The notes under the pieces are model-generated. The model was not told where the DNA came from and searched no databases. It saw nothing but the letters and a program-made list of their open reading frames with translations. Positions 43,256-51,375 of a DNA stretch of 54,653 bases are shown here, one piece after another. The stretch's first letter is position 1. Each line of letters opens with the position of its first letter. The stretch is taken from IMG/VR virus record IMGVR_UViG_3300029132_000006, positions 1 through 54,653 of that record. One strand, written 5' to 3'. A program made the translations under genes and the position numbers. Source of the stretch: a virus.

Positions 43256-43379
43256 TGTCTGCCTCCTCTAAAACTTCCTCGATTGCGTGGATAACAAGAG
43301 ATAATGTCACTAAGTCAAGTTTCTGCAATTCTTCTTTGCTTAAGATTTTTTCTCTAACTTCATCAGAAAACATTCGCAT
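43218..43379 (-). CDS. Hypothetical 53-aa protein, possibly the first gene of the cargo operon.
   Basis: ATG just after GAGAGGT (short spacing) and a TATAAT at 43394-43399. It overlaps the next gene by 38 nt. Confidence 0.3.
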   Translation of the reverse strand: MRMFSDEVREKILSKEELQKLDLVTLSLVIHAIEEVLEEADNEQSLSSNAYDE

Positions 43380-43408
43380 TACCTCTCTTTCTGATTATAT
43401 TTTTGCAT

Positions 43409-43441
43409 AAAAAAAGAGAAGAACATTATCAAGTTCTTCTC
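43409..43441 (-). terminator. Integrase transcript terminator.
   Basis: GAGAAGAAC/GTTCTTCTC stem followed by T7 on the minus strand. Confidence 0.65.
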
Positions 43442-43482
43442 ATATTTATGTCATACATCAAGGCTTTATTTAGTTTTAATTT

Positions 43483-43759
43483 ACTACACACTTTTAATCC
43501 TGTCACTACACACTTACTACACACTTTTGCTATTGAAATACATAGAAATACATAGAAATATGTGGAAATTGATAATCAGTCCAATGCCACTTAAAAACCC
43601 TTAAATACCGCATTTATCGTGCTTTTTGTTAAGTTCATAAGGAGTTGTCTGATATACGTAATAAGTTTTCCAAGTTAAATATATTATACATCTTAACCCC
43701 CATTGTTTTGTGGTTTTTTTCAATTTTAATGTGTGTAGTACTACACACTTACTACACAG
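43483..43759. other. Probable attP region with arm-type repeats.
   Basis: ACTACACACTT occurs at 43483, 43505, 43516 and 43740. ACTACACAG is at 43751, inverted GTGTGTAGT at 43731, and GAAATACATA tandem repeats at 43535-43564. The region directly abuts the int 3' end. Confidence 0.55.
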
Positions 43760-44939
43760 CACTTTTTTTAAAATCAACAATGTTGTCCTTGTCTTTCACA
43801 ATTCTTTCAATATCTACTGCCGCTCTTTCTTCTGTTACGTGTGTATATAAATCCATTGTCATTTTAAGAGTTGCATGACCTAAATATGATTGAACAACTT
43901 TCGGCTCTATGCCCGACTCAAAACATCTTGTCGCAAACGTATGTCTTAAAGTATGTCCACTAAACACAGGAAATTCGTTATCAAAACTTCTTGCAAGATT
44001 TATCTGCTTAACAATAGCTTTAATTGAATCTGAATAAATCTGCGAATTGAGAGGCGTGTTATAACTTGTCACAAACAAATAATTGTTCTGCTCTTTAGGT
44101 CTTTTGCACTTTACAATATCCTTTAATTCGAACTGCTTTTCAAGATATTTAATGCATTCGCTGTTAATAGGTACTTGTCTATAACTCTGTTTGGTTTTAG
44201 GCGGCTCAATGTGAAAAGTTTTGCACTTATCATCAAGGTATTTTTGATACACAAGTGTCTTATTAACATCAATATACCCCTCATCTAAGTGTATATCATT
44301 AGGTGTAAGTGCAAACAGTTCTCCTGGGCGCAAGCCTGTATTAACTGCCACATTATACAAATTATCGTAAAATGTCCCTTTACTTGCTTCTAAAAACTCT
44401 ATCTGTTGTTTTGCTGTTAGTGTGAAAGCTTTAAGTTCTTTATCAGCCCTAAGCTTTACACCTTTTGCTGGATTTTTAATCATTAAGTCATCTTCTATTG
44501 CTCTACTGAACATATCATTAAGTATAACCTTAATCTTGTTCTGCCGTTCATATTTATAATTGTCATCAGCTATTTTATCAATTAGTGTTTGAATATCTGA
44601 TTTAACAAAGGAATTTATGTTGCGATTTCCTAAAAAAGGTGATATATTTTTATTGTATATGTGAGTGTATTCTCTAAGGGTATTAGGGCGTACACTTTTC
44701 TTTTTGTACACTTCTATCCAACGATTAAACCAATCGTCCAGCTTAATATCATCTCTAATGCTTGTAAATTGAATATTTTCTGCTATTGCAACAGCCAATT
44801 CTTTTTTAACTTCTGATAACTTTGTGCCATAAATATATTTAATCTTATTAAATCTATCTTTATATCTCCCTTGATACACACCGTCCTTTCGCTGCGACAA
44901 TCCTACACCTAGTTCTTTACCTTTTAAATCTTTTCCCAT
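43752..44939 (-). CDS. int: Tyrosine recombinase / phage integrase.
   Basis: C-terminal HTLRHTFATRCFESGIEPKVVQSYLGHATLKMTMDLYTHV (R..H..R..Y catalytic signature). Confidence 0.9.
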   Translation of the reverse strand: MGKDLKGKELGVGLSQRKDGVYQGRYKDRFNKIKYIYGTKLSEVKKELAVAIAENIQFTSIRDDIKLDDWFNRWIEVYKKKSVRPNTLREYTHIYNKNISPFLGNRNINSFVKSDIQTLIDKIADDNYKYERQNKIKVILNDMFSRAIEDDLMIKNPAKGVKLRADKELKAFTLTAKQQIEFLEASKGTFYDNLYNVAVNTGLRPGELFALTPNDIHLDEGYIDVNKTLVYQKYLDDKCKTFHIEPPKTKQSYRQVPINSECIKYLEKQFELKDIVKCKRPKEQNNYLFVTSYNTPLNSQIYSDSIKAIVKQINLARSFDNEFPVFSGHTLRHTFATRCFESGIEPKVVQSYLGHATLKMTMDLYTHVTEERAAVDIERIVKDKDNIVDFKKSAV

Positions 44940-45021
44940 TCAAAAGCTCCTTTCTTTTGAAAAAAGCCTTGATATAGACAACCACATATTACTACATCAA
45001 GGCATATATTTCAATATATCT

Positions 45022-45420
45022 CTATATTTCGTTACTTTTTTCTATATAGTGCTCAAACTCCTTACGCTTAACAAGCCTCTTATTCCCAACTCTTAAAACA
45101 AATGGACAGCTAATTTCATTAAGCATACTGCTGATTCTATTAATTCCGATATTGCTATATTCGGACGCTTCTTCAACTGTTAATGTAACTTTTTCCCATA
45201 TAGGAATTGTTTTAACCATGTCATCAGTCCTTTCTATCTTGATTTTCATATCCTTAATTCTTCTTGAAATTGTTGCTTTGGATAACATAAGTCTTTGGCT
45301 AACCTGTTCTAAGCTCATATTACCCACAAGCAACTTGAAAATTCTTAGTTCTTCTTCTGTAAAATTGGCATTTTTAATTATCTCATCAAGTTCCGGCTTA
45401 GTCAGTTCTGAAAACTTCAT
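45022..45420 (-). CDS. xis: Fusion of a sigma-70 region-4/LuxR-like HTH and an excisionase-type (MerR-like) HTH.
   Basis: N-terminus FTEEELRIFKLLVGNMSLEQVSQRLMLSKATISRRIKDM. C-terminus LTVEEASEYSNIGINRISSML...FVLRVGNKRLVKRKEFEHYI. Confidence 0.55.
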   Translation of the reverse strand: MKFSELTKPELDEIIKNANFTEEELRIFKLLVGNMSLEQVSQRLMLSKATISRRIKDMKIKIERTDDMVKTIPIWEKVTLTVEEASEYSNIGINRISSMLNEISCPFVLRVGNKRLVKRKEFEHYIEKSNEI

Positions 45421-45432
45421 AAGCCTATCTCC

Positions 45433-45711
45433 TTATTTAAACTTAATATGTTCTATTCCTGTTTCTTCGTATAACTGATTAACAAGCTCTTCTGCTGTGA
45501 ATAATCCGTCATTATAGTTATCTATAAGCACTTTGAGTTCTCTCTGTACTTTTGTTAATCTCTGTTGTCCGAAACCGAACTTATCGTGCAGCACCCATAA
45601 AATTAATATTAATGCTGATTCAAAATTTTTCTTCTGCTGTTCATTGCTAATTCTATTCATCTGAACACGTAACATTTGTTCCTTAAACTTTTTCTGTTCT
45701 GACTTACTCAT
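45433..45711 (-). CDS. Hypothetical protein.
   Basis: Track ORF. Confidence 0.55.
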   Translation of the reverse strand: MSKSEQKKFKEQMLRVQMNRISNEQQKKNFESALILILWVLHDKFGFGQQRLTKVQRELKVLIDNYNDGLFTAEELVNQLYEETGIEHIKFK

Positions 45712-45720
45712 ACATACTCC

Positions 45721-45867
45721 TTATTTATCAAGTATTTTGACAATTTTCTTTATTATTTCTTGTACTGAAACTTGGTTTTGAACATTTTCTTCTAAAACTT
45801 TTTGCATTTCTTTCAGAATTAAAGTGTGGATATGCATTGAGTACTCTAATTCTTGTATTCTTTGCAT
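45721..45867 (-). CDS. Hypothetical 48-aa protein.
   Basis: Fills the gap, with a purine-rich RBS region. Confidence 0.35.
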   Translation of the reverse strand: MQRIQELEYSMHIHTLILKEMQKVLEENVQNQVSVQEIIKKIVKILDK

Positions 45868-45895
45868 AATTTCATCTTTCTCTTCTTCCGTTTGT

Positions 45896-46540
45896 TCACC
45901 GCTTTCTTAAAAATTGATTATCATACCGCCATAAATGCTTGTTATTGTCATTCTTAAGACTTTTACCTCTTTCGTAGTCTGTCTGCCAGCATTTCTGACA
46001 TAATTGTCCTTGTGGTCTGTCAATAGGTTCTCCACAACGATAGCACAAGTGATTTTCTTTGCGATATTCTTTTATATTTTGCCTATTTTCAGTTCTTTTT
46101 CTGTGGATAGCATTATCTTTACTCTGGCATATAAAACACTTTGCTTTGCCCTCAACAGCTTTAGTCTTGCCGCATCTAACACATATGCCAGCTTTTCTAC
46201 GTTCAGCGTATAAGTTTTTTGAATATTGTTTAAATGCTTCATTGTTTTTTCTTCGCTTATCATCACTTAATGGGTGATTAGCTCTATATTCAGCTTTGTT
46301 AGCCAAACATTCCGGACATATCTTTTCATCACCCACAAGTTTATTTTTGCGACATTCCGGGCAGATTTTAAACTGCCTGCAAAGTTCTCTAGTTTCTCTA
46401 CTGTAAGTCGTTTGCTTCTCCCTACATTCTTCACAATAAAAGCCTTTTCTATCAAGCGGCTTGCCGCATTTAGGGCACAATCCATTCTCTCGGCGGTAAT
46501 TATATAATTTCTTCTGCGGACTAATTGGCGTTGTCTCCAT
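45896..46540 (-). CDS. Protein built of four tandem zinc-ribbon modules.
   Basis: CPKCGK..(9)..CEEC; CPEC..(9)..CPEC; CVRCGK..(9)..CFIC; CYRCGE..(8)..CQKC. Each module is followed by a basic stretch. Confidence 0.6.
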   Translation of the reverse strand: METTPISPQKKLYNYRRENGLCPKCGKPLDRKGFYCEECREKQTTYSRETRELCRQFKICPECRKNKLVGDEKICPECLANKAEYRANHPLSDDKRRKNNEAFKQYSKNLYAERRKAGICVRCGKTKAVEGKAKCFICQSKDNAIHRKRTENRQNIKEYRKENHLCYRCGEPIDRPQGQLCQKCWQTDYERGKSLKNDNNKHLWRYDNQFLRKR

Positions 46541-46546
46541 TGAAAA

Positions 46547-47227
46547 TCAACCTCTCATTCTGTCAATTCTATCTTGCACTTCTTTAGGTGCTTCAATATA
46601 TTCTTCTGCGTTTGTATTTTGACCAATAAGGACATTTTCTTTGATTGTAGGTGTATTTATATCTCTTTGGAATTTTTGCTCGATTTGAGCCTTATACGAA
46701 TTAGTATTCGTCTTTTCGATAAGTGATTTAATGTCGTCTGGCATACGATTTATTTCATTTGCACGCTTAACAACCGTTTCGTAGGTTCTTAGAAAATTTG
46801 ATTGTATTACTGTTTCTATCGTCTGATAGTCTGATGTCGCCCAGTTTTTAAGGTTATCTGGCATACCAACCGCCTGCCTGATAAGTGGCGGTAGTTTGTT
46901 GAATTCTTCAACCGCTCCATATGTGCCATTCCGTAACGCTTTGCTGACTAACCCCCAAGCTGCCATTCCGTCAAGTTCCTGTGGCTGTGATATAGTCTGT
47001 ATCTTGCTCATTATCTGTCCTACATCTGGTGCAAAACCGCTAGTATTAGTTGCAATACAAGCCCTTAACGCCTGTAAAACTAATTCTTCTGGATATTCAG
47101 CAAGCATTACATACCAAGCGTTAATAGCAATCTTTTTATCTGGCGGATTGTAATTGGGATAATAAGCCTGTATTGTCATTAAAAGTTTGCCAACCTGTTC
47201 TTTTGTCATTCTATCGCCTCTTTCCAT
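46547..47227 (-). CDS. G39P-like helicase loader/inhibitor family protein.
   Basis: N-terminal TKEQVGKLLMTIQAYYPNYNPPDKKIAINAWYVMLAEYPEELVLQAL resembles SPP1 G39P-type proteins (recalled from memory). Confidence 0.5.
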   Translation of the reverse strand: MERGDRMTKEQVGKLLMTIQAYYPNYNPPDKKIAINAWYVMLAEYPEELVLQALRACIATNTSGFAPDVGQIMSKIQTISQPQELDGMAAWGLVSKALRNGTYGAVEEFNKLPPLIRQAVGMPDNLKNWATSDYQTIETVIQSNFLRTYETVVKRANEINRMPDDIKSLIEKTNTNSYKAQIEQKFQRDINTPTIKENVLIGQNTNAEEYIEAPKEVQDRIDRMRG

Positions 47228-47991
47228 TCATCAAATACATTTTTCTTGCCTTGTTGCTTATTAGAATTATCTTCTTTCAGTTCAAATAATCCTTGCCAAC
47301 AATGGTCTACTGACTGATTAAGAATTTTAACAGCCAAGTCATTATCTCCACCCGACAGCTTTTCAAGAGTGTTCATAGCCCTATGTAATGCCTTGTCGGT
47401 GCATATAGGTTTTTTAATTCTCTTACGCATTGTCACATACTCGTTAAATGCTTCATCAAGCAATTCGTCATCTGGATAATAACTTTTCTTTTTGGATATT
47501 ACGTTAGTAATATCTTTTTCCATATTCTTATCTTCTTTAATTTCTTCTGTTCTTTCATTCTTACTTTCTTTTAATATAGAGTTTGTTAATAGAATGTTAT
47601 CTGCTTGCTGATTGTTTGTTAAGTTGCTTGTTATTTGTTTGTTATCTTGCTTGTTATCCGTTTGATACAAATTGTAGTTAACTACAGTAAATATCGTGAA
47701 TTTGTTTGTTGCTTTGCTTGTTATTTCGCCTGTTAATTGTAAGTGTTTTAGTGAGGTACGAATTTCCATTACAGACAAATTAGTTTCTTTTGATAATTCA
47801 GATATTGAAGAGGGGAAAGACCCTCTTTCAATTATCTTGCCTTTATAATTTCCGTCTTTCCAATAGGCACTTATCAACATATACATAAAAAGTCTGAATG
47901 TATTAATATCGCTCCACCATTCCCACTTTAAAATCTTTCTGTCAATTTTAATAAAATTGCCTGCCATAATTACCTCTTCAAGTTCTGTCAC
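47206..47991 (-). CDS. Replisome organizer / DnaD-like replication initiator with internal iterons.
   Basis: N-terminal GNFIKIDRKILKWEWWSD...SFPSSISELSKETNLSVMEIRTSLKHLQLTGEI wHTH pattern. TTGCTTGTTAT occurs three times, and the palindrome TGTAGTTAACTACA lies inside the gene. Confidence 0.6.
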   Translation of the reverse strand: MTELEEVIMAGNFIKIDRKILKWEWWSDINTFRLFMYMLISAYWKDGNYKGKIIERGSFPSSISELSKETNLSVMEIRTSLKHLQLTGEITSKATNKFTIFTVVNYNLYQTDNKQDNKQITSNLTNNQQADNILLTNSILKESKNERTEEIKEDKNMEKDITNVISKKKSYYPDDELLDEAFNEYVTMRKRIKKPICTDKALHRAMNTLEKLSGGDNDLAVKILNQSVDHCWQGLFELKEDNSNKQQGKKNVFDEWKEAIE

Positions 47992-47995
47992 ATTG

Positions 47996-48190
47996 TTACT
48001 TCACTAAATCGTTGATATTAACTCTAAATCCGTCAAATTCCTTACCTTTACTTCTAACATAGGCAGATGTATCAAAGAACATCAAGTTGCCACTATTGTC
48101 GGTTGCCATACTTACACCATTTCTCGTAAGACTGCCTTTGAGTAGGTCAAGTAAAATCTGTATTTCCTGCTTTGTTTCGTCTTTCATCAC
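47996..48190 (-). CDS. Hypothetical protein.
   Basis: Track ORF. Confidence 0.5.
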   Translation of the reverse strand: MMKDETKQEIQILLDLLKGSLTRNGVSMATDNSGNLMFFDTSAYVRSKGKEFDGFRVNINDLVK

Positions 48191-48444
48191 TCACTTTCCT
48201 TTCTCAAATAGTTCATATATCCCATAGACTGATTAAGAACATACACCGATACAGCATTTGTGAGCCTTTCAACAAGTTCTCCACTATCTTTTTCACGATT
48301 GTAAACTTCTTCTATAATCTCGCCAATCTGTGAATACTGTGCCTTGCCTTGACTATTTATCCAATCTGTCAAGTCCATAACAGATTTACTCTCAATCTTC
48401 TTACCTAAAAAGTCGGTTAATTCAAATTGTCCGTCCTGTGTCAT
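48187..48444 (-). CDS. Hypothetical protein.
   Basis: Track ORF. Confidence 0.5.
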   Translation of the reverse strand: MTQDGQFELTDFLGKKIESKSVMDLTDWINSQGKAQYSQIGEIIEEVYNREKDSGELVERLTNAVSVYVLNQSMGYMNYLRKESE

Positions 48445-49220
48445 ACTGTATCTCCTATAAAATCGCTTATATTCATTTGACTGTCCTTTTCAAATACAAG
48501 CATTTCATTCTTTGCTATATTAAAATACTTTTCATCAATTTCAATTCCTATGAATTTTCTATTTTCTTGTAAACAAGCAATTCCGGTAGAGCCTATCCCC
48601 ATAAAAGGGTCTAAAACAATCTGATTTTCTAATGATGAATTCTCAATTAATATTTTCATCAGCGCTACTGGCTTTTCGGTATCGTGGAGATTTTTACCAT
48701 TTGCATCTTTTCTTTTTATATTGGGAATCGACAATATATCGCTTGTGCCACAATTATTTATTTTTATCCCTTTCCCTTTTCTAAAAAAGAGGATATATTC
48801 AAATTGCGACATATAAAATTGCCCCATAATTTTATTTCCCTTGTTCCAAATTAAAGACTTAATAAAATGAAATCCGTATTGCTTAATACCATTCTTTTTT
48901 TCGTCCTCTGTTCTTAAATCCGTAAAACTGTTAAGCATTTTTATAAGATTAATATGATTAGTCATAACATAACAATGGCTACCATTTTTTAATATGCGGT
49001 AAAATTCAGATGCATACATATCGCAATCTATATTGTTATAATTAAAAACTTTTCCTTGTTTATTTATCTTCTTTTGAAACATTCCACCACTGTTTCCCGC
49101 ATTTCCCCTAGATGTTGTTGGGTATGGTGGGTCGGTAACAATTAAATCAATGCTTTCATCAGCTATATTTTTAACAATATTTAAAAAATCATCATTAAAA
49201 ATTTTTACTTTTTCTTCCAT
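48441..49220 (-). CDS. Orphan DNA methyltransferase (beta-class N6A/N4C type).
   Basis: DPPY motif (LIVTDPPYP) precedes the SAM-binding motif VLDPFMGIGSTG. The MEEKVKIF start is preferred; the track start is 49268. Confidence 0.75.
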   Translation of the reverse strand: MEEKVKIFNDDFLNIVKNIADESIDLIVTDPPYPTTSRGNAGNSGGMFQKKINKQGKVFNYNNIDCDMYASEFYRILKNGSHCYVMTNHINLIKMLNSFTDLRTEDEKKNGIKQYGFHFIKSLIWNKGNKIMGQFYMSQFEYILFFRKGKGIKINNCGTSDILSIPNIKRKDANGKNLHDTEKPVALMKILIENSSLENQIVLDPFMGIGSTGIACLQENRKFIGIEIDEKYFNIAKNEMLVFEKDSQMNISDFIGDTV

Positions 49221-49287
49221 TTTAAATCTACCAAAAGGAAACCTCGGTTTTATGTGCGCACAACCCATTCCTTTCTTTGATTTTTAG

Positions 49288-49503
49288 TTAATTAAATCTG
49301 TTTCTCGGAAGAGCAAAATCTATTCTCTGGCCGCAGTTATAGCACCACTTGTAAGAGTATTTAATAATATCTTCACCTGTAAAAATCTGACCGCATACAG
49401 GACATTTATAATCATCTTCGCTATCCTGTACGGCAATTATATCTTTTTCTTTCAGCTTTTCTTTCAAGTGACCTAATACCTCTATGCAATCATTTCTTTT
49501 CAT
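49288..49503 (-). CDS. Zinc-ribbon mini-protein.
   Basis: CPVCGQ...CYNCGQ. Confidence 0.5.
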   Translation of the reverse strand: MKRNDCIEVLGHLKEKLKEKDIIAVQDSEDDYKCPVCGQIFTGEDIIKYSYKWCYNCGQRIDFALPRNRFN

Positions 49504-49509
49504 TCTGAA

Positions 49510-49785
49510 TCACTCGCTTTCTTTCCTCTCAAAATTCTCGCAAGACACATCAAGCAAGCAACCACACTGTTCAACTTCTCCCATTCCCATATAAGTTCTG
49601 TATCTGTAAGAATTTTTACAGTCGAAGCAAAATTGACTACCTTTATTCAGCCTGCAACCGGTCTTATTATCTTCCAACTTTTTTCCGATGCTCTCATTTA
49701 TCCTTTTGAGTTCCTCGACCTTTTTCTGCAATTCCTCAAAATCTTCAATGAGTTTGTTGTATTTCTTCTTGCTTAAAATCTTCAT
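49510..49785 (-). CDS. Hypothetical Cys-containing protein.
   Basis: Track ORF. Confidence 0.5.
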   Translation of the reverse strand: MKILSKKKYNKLIEDFEELQKKVEELKRINESIGKKLEDNKTGCRLNKGSQFCFDCKNSYRYRTYMGMGEVEQCGCLLDVSCENFERKESE

Positions 49786-50372
49786 TCTGAACCACCCACT
49801 TTCAATAAATCCATAAATTTCTCATACTGTTTCTGCGACACCTTATTATTGGCCTTATCGTCTCTAATTTCGATTTTAAGGTGCTTTTCAGCGATAGAGG
49901 ATAATTGCCTTGCTAACACCTTTTTGCCTTGCTGTATGCCGTCACGATAACCTTTAGAGGGTTTAAATTCATTTATCTTCTCCTTGCCCTCTCCTTGACC
50001 GCCTGCTGTCTTGTTATATCTACACTGATAACCTTTCTTGGTGTACTCCAAAATCCAGTACTGTTCCCATTTATCAAGCTCATTTGCTGGATAATGAATG
50101 AAATTAAGTTTCCAGCCATAGGGATTTTCTTCACTGTAAAATCCTCTTTTCTTGATTGATAAATCTATGTGCTGATACCCTACAAGGTGTCCACACATCC
50201 TCTGCGATAGGTGTAGTGCTTGCCCGATGTAAAAATAAGGAATGCCATTCTCGTCAATTCTAGTTAAAAAGTAAATGCCGCTCTCGTCATCAAGTTGTGG
50301 ATTTATCTTTAGTAGCCTTTGCCTATTACTTTTCTCTATCGCCTTGACTCTTGCTATGTTCTGATAACTCAA
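49782..50372 (-). CDS. GIY-YIG nuclease domain protein (free-standing homing-endonuclease-like).
   Basis: SGIYFLTR...PYFYIGQA...R...H...E pattern. Confidence 0.6.
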   Translation of the reverse strand: MSYQNIARVKAIEKSNRQRLLKINPQLDDESGIYFLTRIDENGIPYFYIGQALHLSQRMCGHLVGYQHIDLSIKKRGFYSEENPYGWKLNFIHYPANELDKWEQYWILEYTKKGYQCRYNKTAGGQGEGKEKINEFKPSKGYRDGIQQGKKVLARQLSSIAEKHLKIEIRDDKANNKVSQKQYEKFMDLLKVGGSE

Positions 50373-50551
50373 GAATTGCCACCTGCCTTTGCTTCAAAAG
50401 GATTTATAAAATTATCAATAGGTTTAGCTCCCATACTAAAAGCCGTTGGTTGCTCATCAATGATAGTTTCAAATATTTCAGATAAAGCCTTATTGATATA
50501 ATTTCTTTTGTGAATATCCTCAATTAGTTTATCTGCGTCAATCAATCTCAT
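50369..50551 (-). CDS. Hypothetical protein.
   Basis: Track ORF. Confidence 0.45.
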   Translation of the reverse strand: MRLIDADKLIEDIHKRNYINKALSEIFETIIDEQPTAFSMGAKPIDNFINPFEAKAGGNS

Positions 50552-50916
50552 TCTTCATCACTCCAATCAAATTTACAACCGCAATTACTACAGTAATTTG
50601 GCGCATTGTTGTTATCCATTATCCCTATATCGTGACTGACTTTAATTGTGTTTCCACATTCACAATGGAATACAGAAAGAGTATCACTAAGGTTATGGTT
50701 AAATATAGGTTTCTTCGCCGTCTGCTTAACCGCCGCCGCCCTACATTCTTCCGGCGTGCCGATTTCCCGGTACTGTTGTACTTTTTCAAGTGCCTGTATT
50801 GCCATTTCATTAGCTTTGTAATCATCTTCTGTAAACTTGAAGTCGTTGCCCTTGTCCTCAATCTGCATAAACAACCGCATATTTTTCAGTTTTTCTATTG
50901 CCTCATTCTCTGTCAT
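50548..50916 (-). CDS. Hypothetical protein with a C-terminal zinc ribbon.
   Basis: CECGN...CSNCGC. Confidence 0.5.
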   Translation of the reverse strand: MTENEAIEKLKNMRLFMQIEDKGNDFKFTEDDYKANEMAIQALEKVQQYREIGTPEECRAAAVKQTAKKPIFNHNLSDTLSVFHCECGNTIKVSHDIGIMDNNNAPNYCSNCGCKFDWSDEE

Positions 50917-50927
50917 ACTTACACCTC

Positions 50928-51359
50928 TTAATTAAATGGTAATCCCTCGTCAGCCACATTATCTGGAATTGACATAATGCTGTCTGAACTAGCATTACCG
51001 CCCATAATTCCATTACTGTTATTGCTCTGCTGATTAGCACGGCTTTCGCAAAATTCGTGTCTTTCAACAACACAATCATTAGTGTAAACTTTCTGTCCGT
51101 CTTTGTTAGTGTAATTGCCTGTCTGCCATCTACCCTCAACAATAATCTTAGTTCCTTGATGTAAATACTTCTCTGCAAACTCTCCGTTCTTGCCAAATGC
51201 AATACAGTTAATAAAGTCTGCTGCCTGTTCGCCCTCTTTCTTAAAAGCTCTGTCAACAGCTAATGTGTATCTTGCTACTGCCATACTTCCGTTTACTGTC
51301 TGTGAATATCTAATCTCTGGCTCTCTAACAACTCTTCCACATAAAATTATACGATTCAT
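50928..51359 (-). CDS. ssb: Single-stranded DNA-binding protein.
   Basis: MNRIILCGRVVREPEIRYS...FINCIAFGKNGEFAEKYLHQGTKIIVEGRWQTGNY, with the acidic tail DEGLPFN. Confidence 0.9.
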   Translation of the reverse strand: MNRIILCGRVVREPEIRYSQTVNGSMAVARYTLAVDRAFKKEGEQAADFINCIAFGKNGEFAEKYLHQGTKIIVEGRWQTGNYTNKDGQKVYTNDCVVERHEFCESRANQQSNNSNGIMGGNASSDSIMSIPDNVADEGLPFN

Positions 51360-51375
51360 TACTTTTCCTCACTTT

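Noticed and set aside
43645-43878. Plus-strand 77-aa hydrophobic ORF overlapping the int 3' end.
   Set aside because: The start is non-ATG and only 1 nt after the AAGGAG-like motif. It runs antisense through the arm-type repeats and the integrase gene. A chance ORF is more likely.
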